In this document: positions 52,689 through 64,000 of the stretch, piece after piece
Layout: the number at the start of each line of letters is the position of its first letter
Position numbering within the stretch: position 1 is the first letter of the stretch
Assembly (NCBI GenBank): GCA_951406725.2
Contig: OX597814.1
Span: 89,218,001 to 89,282,000 of the forward strand
Direction: 5' to 3'
Length of the DNA stretch: 64,000 nucleotides
Origin: Octopus vulgaris
Taxonomy: Eukaryota
The notes under the pieces: generated by a model
What the model was told of the DNA's origin: nothing
The model's input: only the letters and a program-made list of their open reading frames with translations
Databases searched by the model: none
Translations under genes and position numbers: made by a program

Positions 52689-55600
52689 TTTATAATATGA
52701 TTGTTTTACATGTTGAAATTCTGATTAATCGAATAACGTCCCATGTCAGTACCTGGAATATCATAGAACAACTTACTAGACGAGTAAAAATTAAAACATT
52801 TTGTCGTTCTTTCTAAAAAGTCCCTCGCAACCACTGTTTTCACATATTTGTATATTTATTTCAAAATAGTGAAATATACAGCATTCACATTTCGCGAAAT
52901 ACAGTCTTAGTTAATTTCCAAAATTGTCGGTGTTAGAATATTAATTATAGTTTATAATTATAGTAGCTCAAATTAGTTTTGGAATGATAACACGGATTAT
53001 GAAAGCTATTTATACTAATTTCTTTCTCCCTTTTTAGAATTTTATTTTAATAATACATTAATAAATCATTTAACTAAAAAGAAAGGAGTTACTTAGAAGC
53101 ACAAATATTCACTGTGGATCCACTTATTATATGTCCGTAATTATCTAAAACAACCATAATCGTTGGTCAGTTGGCTATCAATATATATAAACACAACTTT
53201 GTATCTAGACAAAAACTATTCATGTTTGCAATCGTGTAAATAAATGTTTTATTAAATAATGTTTATATATATATATATACACACACATATATATATATAT
53301 ATTGGAGTTGTGCTTGTTTGACAATTAATTTGATCTGAGATTGTTGAAGCTGAAACAATTTCATCGTGTTTATAAGTCATGACTATCATCTAATACATAG
53401 ATCGTTCTGTTCACTTTGTTATTAATGTTATTTTGGGGCATTTTGTAATATAATAATATATACTTATAAAGTCAACAAATTTAGTCGTACATCTACGACC
53501 TGTTCTTTTCTCTTGACTCTATCTATATTCCACTGCACCCATGGAATAGTTTTTGTGAATAGGACGTAAAAGTACTTCCAAATTCTTTGACAATATACAT
53601 CTATATTGGTATTACCAAATAAAAGTGAATGTTAGATATGTGTTTTAAATAACTCTCATGACTACCACGGTGCAGTTTGTTATATATGCATGCAATAAGC
53701 TATGTCTGCTATCGCCTTTTACTGTTTTATTGATACTACTTCAGTCTTACTTTATTCACTACTTAACCTCCCCCACCACTACCACTATCCGTTAATTTTG
53801 GGTTCTACTTTTCGTTTATTATTACTAATGTGCTACTTTTGTTTTCAGCATAAATATTTTTGATTACCTCACAAATTACCGTTTTCGTTTTCTTTCCGCT
53901 AGTTATATAAATATCTAGATTTAGGTGTGTGCAATGTTCAATTTCTTCTTATCCCCTATTCAGTTGTGACATTTCATCACAAGATTCGTTGGGTGCTTTC
54001 GTAGTTGTCATCATTTTAAACGTCCCTTGTATTTTTGGTGGAGCAGCTTTACGGTTTAGTTAAAATTCCAGCAAGGTTCTTCTTATTGAGTACTTTATCT
54101 TCTCGAATAATAATCATTTTGAAATAAAATTGACACCGGTTGTGTTTATGTATTTGTGCATCATTTTATTGATTAGTGAGTTATACTCTCAATTCTGTTT
54201 GAGTTAACAGTAGATATGTTGTGTTTATATATTCAACTTAATCAAAATAACTATTAATTGATATTTTATATAATAGCGATCTGTTTTACTTGTATGTTTA
54301 AGAAAGCGGAATATTTCACATTGATTTTGTTCCTTCCGTCACATGTTATTTACCTGAGCTTTATCTAATGGTAGCAGTGGTAGTGGCAGGTGGGGTGGGG
54401 AAATAGACATTGCGAATGTATGTAATACACACACACACACAAACATATATATATATATATAAAATTTAAAAGTGCCTGGATTGCTGCGGGCAAAATAATA
54501 ACTTAATTATATTGCTGTTAAAATTTACACGTAATTTCTTTTTACTTTTCAATTATATTAAGAGCTTTGATAATTACCTAATATTTTGCTTTCAAAAGAG
54601 TTTTTCACCACCTCTTCAATGTTATCATTTTATTAAAACCAAAGCCAGGTAGTTCGTAAATAGTTAAAAACTGAAATAATTTGCCGACCTGGGATACTAC
54701 TGTTTACTTCACTCATTGATTTCTTTTCTAAAAAGTACCAGTACTCTATTGGCTTCGATTTCAGCTACAGTACCAGTTACCTGATCTATTATAGAAAAAT
54801 ATCAGTGTGGTGAAGGGTAGAAACATTAGAGTGCCATATTAAAATGCCTTGTAATATGGTAATTTCCCTCGACATTCTGAATTCAAACTCTGTTGGAGTC
54901 GACTTTATTTTTCATTCCATGCTGAATCGAGAAAATAATTATAAAGTTACCAATAATTTACTGGGATCGAATCGATTGACTACACCTTGTAGTCTAGTGT
55001 CCCTCGGTTGGTAAGAATCATTAGAACCTCAGACAAAATACATTGAGGTCTTTAATTAATGCTCTTTATGCTCTGAGTTCAGATTCCTGAGATCGACTCT
55101 TTCATCCTTCTACTGTCGATAAAATAAATGTTGGAGTCAATGTAATAACCTCCCCCACCCCCAGTTGCCTTTTCTCCTGGTAATAATGATTTAACGTCTG
55201 TCTTCCACGTTGGCATTGTTTGGATGGTTTGACAAGATCCAATGAGCCAAGGACTGCATTGAGTACTTAGTATTTATTGTTCCAGTACATGTCACATACA
55301 AAGCCTACTTTCTTTGTTAACCTTTCTGTAATTCCACTGTACCGTTTGTGTTCATAGCTTATACGAGCTCTGTACGGAATTTCTACTTACATCTATTCTA
55401 CATATTGAGCAAGGCCTTTTCATGAATGGTGTAAACAAATATATTTTTTGTTGTTGTTAAATTAATTTTAATGCCTTTTGATTCCAGGTTTTGCTTTCCC
55501 ACCTGGAATTTGTTTTCTAGCTCAACTACAGGTTCTGCTATAACAATGTGGTCATCAGCATGTAGTAGTTTTCAAGGGCAACTGGTCTTAAATTTCTTTG

Positions 55601-58140
55601 TTATGACTTGGAGAACTATGATGAATTGGAGGGGCCCATGTACTGAACCCCAGTGAATATATGTTGTGAAAGAAACATTTTTTTTTGTCGTTGTCACTGG
55701 CACTGGTGTCATGTAAAAAGCACTGGTGATAGTGCTGCATAAAAACCACCCAGTACACTCTGTGGAGTGGTTAGCATTAGGACGAGCATCCAGCTGTAGA
55801 AACCAAGCCAAAACAGACGATGGAACCTGGTGTGGCTCCTGGCCTTGCCAGTTCCTGTCAAGCTTTCCAACCCATGCCAGTATAGAAAACAGATGCTAAA
55901 TGTTGATCATGATGATTCTCACAGCCATGTCGAGTTCCCTGTCAATTTACAAGTTCCATGTATCCATTATTATACTGAATTCAGGATAATGAATGTCTGC
56001 CTATTTCTCTCCTAGATATTAATCCAAACTACTTCCCCAATGGTGTTTGGATTTCCCATTATTAAAAACTTTTGTCTTTGTTTTGTTGATATTTTTTTTT
56101 TTGAGAATACAAAACATTCATCAAAGTTTGGATACCTTTTTATGTAACTCTGTGATGAATTCTATTCAATGAGAATCATATCTTCAGTTTGTAAAAGTTC
56201 CCCAAGGATAAAGACTCCCAAAAATTGTGTTATTTCTCAAAGACTATATTTGAGTATGTTAATTATTTGGTTTCTTTTCAATATTTTCTTGGTTCTTAAA
56301 AAGGAAATATTATCAATCTACCTAAATTTGAAAAGTTTCTGTAATTTTCTTTTTTTAACCTTAATTTCTGTAGAGTGAACTTGGACTCTCTGATATAGAA
56401 AAAAATGATAGAATTGTATAAAGCATATATTTTCTATAAGTTTAGTATCTGTGTTTGCTCACCTATATTCCTGCATTGCTTACCAGGTGTAGGTGAATAA
56501 TCTCTATTGCCCAGTAAAGTTTGCATTTTGTGAATCTTGAGAAAGGTAAAGAGTAAACTTTAAAAGAAAATTCTGACTGAGCAGTATGCTGTTTTTGTTA
56601 CTATTCATATTTTAGAGACTAACTTGGAGACTTCATTTTCATGAAGAACAACAAGTTAAGCTAGTATTAGAGTTAATTATGCAGTGAGAGAAAGACAATA
56701 CTAGTCAATAATTAATATTACCTTTATTATTCTGGCAAGTACAGAAGATAACTCTGGGCATATTTCAGTATTATTCTGACCTCATCAGCAAAGGACAGAC
56801 TGCACTATAGTTGTTGAAGCAGTAATAAGAAAATTATCAAATGGACATATTGGACACACAACATTGCACACAAGGTGACCTATTGACATTATTTAGCATA
56901 CAAACGTCTTTACGTTCTGATTTCAAATTTCACTGAGGTCGATTTTTCCTTTCATCCTTCGGGGTCAATAAATTAAATGCCACTGAAACACTGGGGACGA
57001 TGTAATCGACTAGTACCCTCCCCCAAAATTTCTGAACTTGTGCCTATAGTAGAAAGAATTATTGAACGTACAAAAAAAAATAATAGCTAAGTTCGTGTTA
57101 CTGATAACTTTTGTGATTGATGTGCTCTTTTTGACTTTTCTGGAAACACGTATAGGAATAGAGAGAGGAAGTTCTACCATTTGGACTGGTTGTGTCTTTT
57201 CCTAAAACTAACTTAGGCATGTAAGCTATGTTTATTCCTTACTCCCTAGCAACTGGCATCATTTTATATGCATTTTCATGCTGGCATGGATTGACTGGTT
57301 TCAGCATCTCACCACCTGCCATAGTCCTTCATTTTTCTTTGGTCCTTCTTGTGTTTAATAGTCCTGGCACATGTCTCTAATGCTGAGGGGAATTATTTTA
57401 AAACCATGGACAGTCAAATGCTTAATGAAGCCATTATTTTAGGTGGTGATGGCTACAATATTTTCATAGTTTAAGTTAGGACCAGTGAGTCAAAGCTTCA
57501 AATAATAGCATTTTTCTTTTTCTTTTTGTTGCAATTCAAAAGGGCAAATCATAGCCAAAGTGTTAAAAGCTACCCTTGAAGAAGCTGAATGAGCTTAACA
57601 TAGTTTAGGAAATTATGATGTGCCTTTAAACAAAAAGGAAATAATACTTAAATATAATGGTGGAATGCTTCAACAATTCATCTAAGTTTGCAAATCCATC
57701 TGGTGCATCGAAAATTTGATGTTCTGTCCCATGTCAGTCCTTATTGAGCAAACCTAGTTTGTTTTCCAGTTGTGACATTGTGTCTTTTCTTTTCTGAAGT
57801 TGGTTTATACTGAATACTTTAAGATGCTAGTAAAAGGCTCTGTTATACCCTAGCTATACTTCTGTTCTCAATGCTGTAATTTCCTGTACAGACTAAATAG
57901 TTTGTGTGCAATGTAAGTATCTTTGTTTACAACGCAATCAAAATAGCATGGAAAAGGTTTGTCATTACAATGCAGACATTAATTAACAATATTGACCAGT
58001 AGTCAGTGAAAGCCAATCTAAAGCTATAGATATTGAATGAATTTTATTTCATATTGAAAGCTTAAAGCTCTTGTAAACACAAAATTTAAGAAAACTCCAG
58101 TAAACAGGAAGCTTAATGCTCCAGTAAACAGCAAGTTTAA

Positions 58141-58359
58141 CCCTTTAGTGTTCAGATTATTCTATCAAACATAATGCTTATTGATTCACATTGATTTGAA
58201 TTAATCATGCATTATCTCATATCTTCAAGATGTTGATGGTGTAATTACTTAATGTAGAATAACATTGTTGGGTAGGTGTGAGAGCCTGGATCTGGTCAGT
58301 TTGAGCATAAAACAGATTAAATATTTTGGCCAGATATGGCTGGTTCAAATACTAAAGGG
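58141..58359. mobile_element. piggyBac-like MITE
   Basis: TTAA|CCCTTTAGT ... ACTAAAGGG|TTAA; same family as 21787-22195 and 31259-31441. Confidence 0.85.
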
Positions 58360-58714
58360 TTAAAGATCTAGTGAACAATCAGAAATTTAGAGAAGCACTT
58401 GTTAAAATATTTGACAGGAAGGAGATAAATGTAACATAGAGGACAACTGAAAGTTCCTTCAGAACAATTAACTGAGGGTAACAGACCAAATTTGTGGTTG
58501 ATGCAAAGTTCCAACTGAACTGGGAGTGAATGGTGGTGGACTAGCCAAATAGATAGAACCAAAAGAGCACAGAGACATGCTTGGAAAAACAGGGAGAATG
58601 GGGGCAGCAGAGAGTTATATTAGGTAACTAGAAGGGAAGCTAGGTGACAGGTTTACTTAGCAAGGGGAAAAGCAAAAAGGAAGAGATGTGTTATTGTTCT
58701 ATAGCATGAGAATC

Positions 58715-59010
58715 AGAAGCATTACAGATTTGGCCAAAATTTTAATTGAAACTCGAAATAGAATATATATGGGAGTTATTGGACTGCAAACCTGAAGAGC
58801 TGTCAAACAAGGACTTCAATGAATTAGAAGCAGGGAGAATTGTAGAGAAGACTAGTCAAGGAACTTGTTCATTGTGAAGGAGTTGGCAGGCATGTTTTCA
58901 TGTCTTAATAAAGATCTTACCCAGATGAAATTAATGGAGCAAAACATAGATATGCCAAGGTCAAAAGATATATTAAAGAAGCATTGTTGAGAAATATATG
59001 AAAACAAAAC
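58715..59010 (+). pseudogene. Possible pogo/Tigger transposase C-terminal remnant
   Basis: ELLDCKPEELSNKDFNELEAGRIVEED resembles the acidic EELTNEDL.ELE tail of Tigger transposases. Confidence 0.4.
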
Positions 59011-59110
59011 AAGTTTATGTGTTGAAGTTTAATTGTTGAAGAGCTGATAAATTTTAAGTGTTAACTTAGTATTACAACTACAGTTATAAACTGGCTGCTC
59101 AAATTTACTA

Positions 59111-59141
<31 letters not shown>

Positions 59142-59577
59142 CGCCCCCACCACCACCTCCACTGTCTCAAATTACATTTTATGATAAGAATTTACTGATT
59201 AATTTTACTGCTTTAATTTTTCTTTTGTATGTGTGTATTGTACACACTTTTATTGTGTTTAACATATTTCCTCATCTTAAAATGTTGCAGTGTTTTATAA
59301 TACTGTAAATTCTTTCATTATTGCATTTTATGAGACGAATTTACTGATTCTTTTTACTGTTTTAATTTATTTTCTTTGCTACATTTGTATTGTGTTCACT
59401 TCTATAAATACATGTTTGAAAACTTGTCTTTTTTTTTATTTTTTTATTTTCCCATCTTAGAATGTGCAAGTGTGTTGTGTATTATTCTAAATGGTTTTGC
59501 TTTCATTTGTTTTCTTGTAATATAATACAAAGCAAAGGTAGTCAAGCCAAAGAAAGAACTCATAAAATATATTAATA

Positions 59578-60862
59578 CGAGGGGCATTCAATAAGTAATG
59601 CCCCTGACCCATTTCCCATAGCAGTAGAGCAACGAAACTTGGCACAGGTATTAGTCTTTTTCAGCATAGGAACAACCCATAGTTATGAATTTCTCCCATC
59701 GTTTGATGCAGCTCTGGAGACCGTTTTCGTAGAAGACCCCAGCTTAGTCCTCCAACCACGACGTAACTTCAGAAATCAAGGCTGCATCATCTGGGAAACG
59801 CTTTCCTTTCAAAAACAACTTCATGGCTGGGAAGAGGTGAAAATCAGAGGGTGCAAGGTCAGGAGAGTAGGGGGATGGGGGAAGAGTTCATAGCCGCACG
59901 CCTGTGCTTCTGATCTGGCGACACGCGAGTTGTGGACCGGAGCGTTGTCCTGCAGGAGGAGGATGCCTTTGCTGATCTTGCCCCGCCTCTTGGTTTTGAT
60001 AGTTTCTCTTAATTTCCTCAAAAGTGAAGCATGATAGGCTCCTGTAATTGTGGTACCCTTTGCCAGGAAATCTGTCATCACTACTCCGTCCTGGTCCCAG
60101 AGGACTGCATGACCTTGCCAGCGGAGGGCTGCACCCTTGCCTACTTTGGAGGAGGTGAGTCATGGTGCTTCCACTGCATTGACTGGGCTTTGGTCTCTGG
60201 ATCATAGTGATGGACCCTGGTCTCATCCTGTGTAATCAGTCTTTTGAAAAATTTTGACTCATCTTCTTGGCACATCCCTAAATTCATCCTCGAGCACTCG
60301 ACGCGTTTTTGCTTCTGGAAAAGAGTGAGCAACCTGGGAATCCATCTGGCAGACACCTTTTGCATATGCAAATGGTCATGAATGATAGTTTCCACAGACC
60401 CGGTACTAATCTTGACCTCATGGGCTATTTGGCGAATAGTTATGCGTCGATCTTCCAAAATGGCAGCCTCTACTTGACGGACAGATGCCTCAATGGCAGA
60501 AGGGGTGCGACCAGATCTGGGAGCTGTTTCCACATAGTTCCGACCATGTTTGAATTCACGATGCCAGCGTTTTACAAGGTCATATGATGGGGCATCATCA
60601 CCATAAGTTACTTTCATTTCATCAAAAGTCTCCTGTGGTGTGCGTCATTTCAAATACGAAAACTGGATCACTGCTCAACACTCAACAGGCTCCATTTCCC
60701 ACTTGACTCATTTCAAACACATGTAAATCACAAACCACAATTAGCTCGGAGCTGTAATTTGCCACTTAATCTATAGAGATATAAATAATTGCACATGCAA
60801 AATTTCAGCTAGATCAAACAACGGCAAGTGGGTCAGAGGCATTACTTATTGAACGCCCCTCG
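59578..60862 (-). mobile_element. Full-length mariner (irritans/Hsmar2-like termini) with inactivated transposase
   Basis: TA|CGAGGGGCATTCAATAAGTAATGCC ... GGCATTACTTATTGAACGCCCCTCG|TA, 1285 bp; WIPRLL, TQDET, LQDNAPVH, HPP motifs; ATG at 60695 followed by stops and frameshifts. Confidence 0.96.
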
Positions 60863-60996
60863 TAAATACATAAAATAAGTCATAAAAAAGTAAAGTTAAA
60901 TATATTACAAGTACAGACTAGAAACATATAAAATCACCCACCACACAAAATAATTTTCAACTTCTGCCCATTTCAACTTAGAGCCAGTAGCTGTAT

Positions 60997-61050
<54 letters not shown>

Positions 61051-61759
61051 GTGTGTGTGTGTGTGTGTGTATGCTGTATTTGAGAAGTTCCACCCATCAC
61101 AACAGGACTGAAATCCTAAAAGCAAGGTGCCATGTAAAAAGCATTCGTGAGGGTGATGATGCCACATAAAAAGCACCCAGTACATTTTGTGGAGTGGTTG
61201 GCAAAATAGACATGGATCTTGGTGTGACCCTTGGCCTTATCAGTTTCAGTCAATTCATCCAACCAATGCTAGCATGGAAAATGGACTCTAATGATGATGA
61301 TATATAATCACACACACACACACAAACACATATATATATACATATGCATATATACAACAGGCTTTTTTCAGTTTCCGTCTACTAAATCCATTCATAAGGT
61401 TTTGGTTGACTTGAGGCTATAGTAGAAAACACTTGCCCAAGGTGGCACACAGTGGGACTGAACCTGGAACCGTATAGTTCGGAAGCAAGCTTCTTATCAC
61501 ACAGCCATGCCTACACTATAATTCTTTTTTTCTTTTTACTTGTTTCAGTCATTTGACTGCAGCCATGCTGGAGCACCGCCTTAAAGGGTTTTAGTAAGAG
61601 AAATCAACCCCAGGACTTATACTTCGTAAGCCTTGTACTTATTCTATTGGTCTCTTTTGCCGAACTGCTAAGCTACAGGGACATAAACACACCAGCATCA
61701 GTTGTCAAGCAAAGGTGGGAGGGTAAACACAGAGACATACATATATACTTACATACATA

Positions 61760-62240
61760 CTCAAGGAATATTGGTGGAATATTCTCATCAGAACTACTGT
61801 CAAATGTAAACATAATAGGCCTAATATTGTTGTTTGGGACAGAGGAGCAAAGGTATGTACCGTCATAGAGGTCAGCTGCCCTGCAGATATAAATATCTCT
61901 TTGAAAATCAAAGAAGAGGATATCTATGGACAACTGCTCCAAAACTTCCAGCTTCTGTATCCAGATTATGAATTCATATTCATACCAATAATAATTGGAG
62001 CACTAGGTTTTGTTAGTAAATACTTAAAGGAGATTCTGGATAAACTGGGATTTTCAGAAAGAGAAATTGACCAGCTAATTCGTATATTACAAATGCAATC
62101 TGTGAGTGGCACAGTAAAAATATGCAAGACTTTTCTTAAGTTACAAATGTGAATTTATTTGTGTTAACTATATCCTAAAGATGGAGCCTTGTATCTTTGT
62201 TGGTAACCGGCTCCATCCACAGTGGAAGATTTATAATAAT
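61760..62240 (+). mobile_element. R4/Dong-like non-LTR retrotransposon 3' fragment
   Basis: EYWWNI..KCKHNRPNIVVWDRGAKVCTVIEVSCPADINI..YGQL..IPIIIGALGFV..QMQSVSGTVKICKTFLKLQM; 3' UTR hairpin, then TAA repeats. Confidence 0.85.
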
Positions 62241-62262
62241 TAAAAAATAGAAGAGACACATA

Positions 62263-63540
62263 TTGGGTTGGCAATTTTTTTAAATTAACATTTTTTTAAG
62301 GGTTTAATAAAAAAATAACAACTACTTAATCAATAATGTATTCACCTTTATTGTTAACAACTTCTTCCCATCATTCAACAAGATTTTCAATACCTCGTTG
62401 GTAGAAATCACCCGATTTCGACGTGAAAAATTGATCCAACTCAAGCTCTCAATTCTGCATCAATATTGAATGAAACTCCATGCATAGCATTTGAAAGAGA
62501 TCGAAAGAGGTGGAAATCCATTGGTGCCAAATCAGGAGAGTACGGCAGGTGTGGCAGCACTTCCTAATCATTCATTTGAATGGCTTCCTTGGTCATATTG
62601 GCGATATGAGGGCAGACATTGTTATGCAGCAGAAGAACTCCATGCTGTCAATTAGGTCTTTTCTCTTGAATAGCCATGTTGAGTCATTCCATCTGTTGAA
62701 CATAGAGTTCTGCGTTGACCATTTGGTTCTGTTCAAGCAATTTATAATGGATAATCCCTTCCCAGTCCCACCATATGCATAACATCGTTTTACACGGATG
62801 AAGATCTTGTTTCATGCGCAGTGTCGCTTGTTTACCGGGGCTAAGCTATTCCTTACGCAGCTTCATATTGATGTACAGGCACCATTTTTCATCACCAGTA
62901 ATGATTCGGTAAAGAAATTGTTGCTTGTGCCCATGAGTTGAACAGTGACCAGCAAGCAAACCAGCGGGGATTGTGGCTCGTTGATTTTTGTTGTTGTCAC
63001 TTAAAGTATGCGGAACCCATGCTCCATACTTCTGAACCTTTCCCATCGAGTGAAGATGCTTCTCTACAGCAGTGTGGGAGCATTCCATTTTCTCTGCCAG
63101 TTCCCTTGTTGTTTGAGGAGAATTTTCGTGCAAAAGTTGGTTTAATCGCTCTTCATCGAACTCAACTGGACGACCAGAACGAGGTGCATCTTTGAGGTCA
63201 AAATTTCCATTTTTGAACTTGGCATACCAATCACGAGTGGTTCTTTCAGCTATGGCACCCTCTCCATACACAGCACAAATGTTGCGAGCAGCTTTTGCAG
63301 CCTTAGAACCTTGATTAAAAGCAAAAAGAAGGAGGTGTCGAAAATGTTCGTTTTTCTTAACTTGACATTCCATTTTATTAATCTGAAAATAATCTAAAAT
63401 TAACTAAAAAAAACCAAAATAGATTCCAAGATGATCCAAAAATATAATTCTCAAAAAAAAAAAAAAATAGATTCTAAAATTTAAATACGCAATAAATTCC
63501 AAAATTTAAAAAAACGGTAGGAACTTAGTTGCCAACCCAA
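62263..63540 (-). mobile_element. Near full-length mariner (cecropia/Hsmar1-like) with inactivated transposase
   Basis: TA|TTGGGTTGGCAA ... TTGCCAACCCAA|TA; ORF from 63373 with PRSGRP, WVPHTL, TGDEKW; premature stop; one TIR partly deleted. Confidence 0.95.
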
Positions 63541-64000
63541 TACATGCATGAGAATCAAATATTCTCTGTATAGCAAGTTAGGCAGGTCAATATACAAAGT
63601 GTATTAAATACATGAAATACGAAAAATGTATGTGTGTTTACATACAAAAAGATTTGACTTACACAGAATAGAAATGATATCAAGAATTAGATGGGTTGAA
63701 GAAAAGTATTGCAAATCCAACTGCTGTTTCTGGGGTCTCTGCTTTGGGCAAAATACCGCTAATTTAATAATAATAATAATTAGAAAGCTATATTTTTCAA
63801 CACATAAATACTGAACAGTATATACAAATGATAAAATCCTTTTAAGAGCAGAAAAGTTGATTTCAAATTTTTGCCACAAGGGCAGCTTGGGGAGGGATTT
63901 AGTTGATTACATCAACCCCAGTGTTTCACAGGTACTTTAATTTACCGACCCCAAAAAGATGAAAGGCAAAGTCAACCTCAGCAGAATTTGGACCCTGAAT

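Overview
AT-rich, repeat-dense animal genomic DNA. The SINE/LINE repertoire and microsatellites suggest a coleoid cephalopod such as Octopus (inference). One protein-coding gene can be fully reconstructed: a minus-strand PNPLA8 / iPLA2-gamma orthologue with 7 coding exons (23683 to 6504, 628 aa, all GT-AG and phase-consistent, motifs DGGGTRG, GVSTG, DGG). A probable first exon of a divergent plus-strand gene lies near 52.6 kb. The rest is mobile DNA: tRNA-SINEs, RTE, CR1, R4/Dong and CRE LINE remnants, a Penelope GIY-YIG remnant, two near full-length mariners, piggyBac and pogo/hAT MITEs, a non-autonomous Helitron and a large foldback element. The most notable signals are: (1) several unrelated families of minimal type I hammerhead ribozymes, three copies with intact cores, mostly inside long palindromes of Penelope-like pLTR style; (2) a tRNA-headed SINE carrying a hammerhead motif and a Penelope-style inverted tail; (3) a Helitron-type Pif1 helicase that appears to run directly into a CRE-type RT-REL retrotransposon ORF. 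All coordinates and folds were read by eye; nothing was computed or searched.
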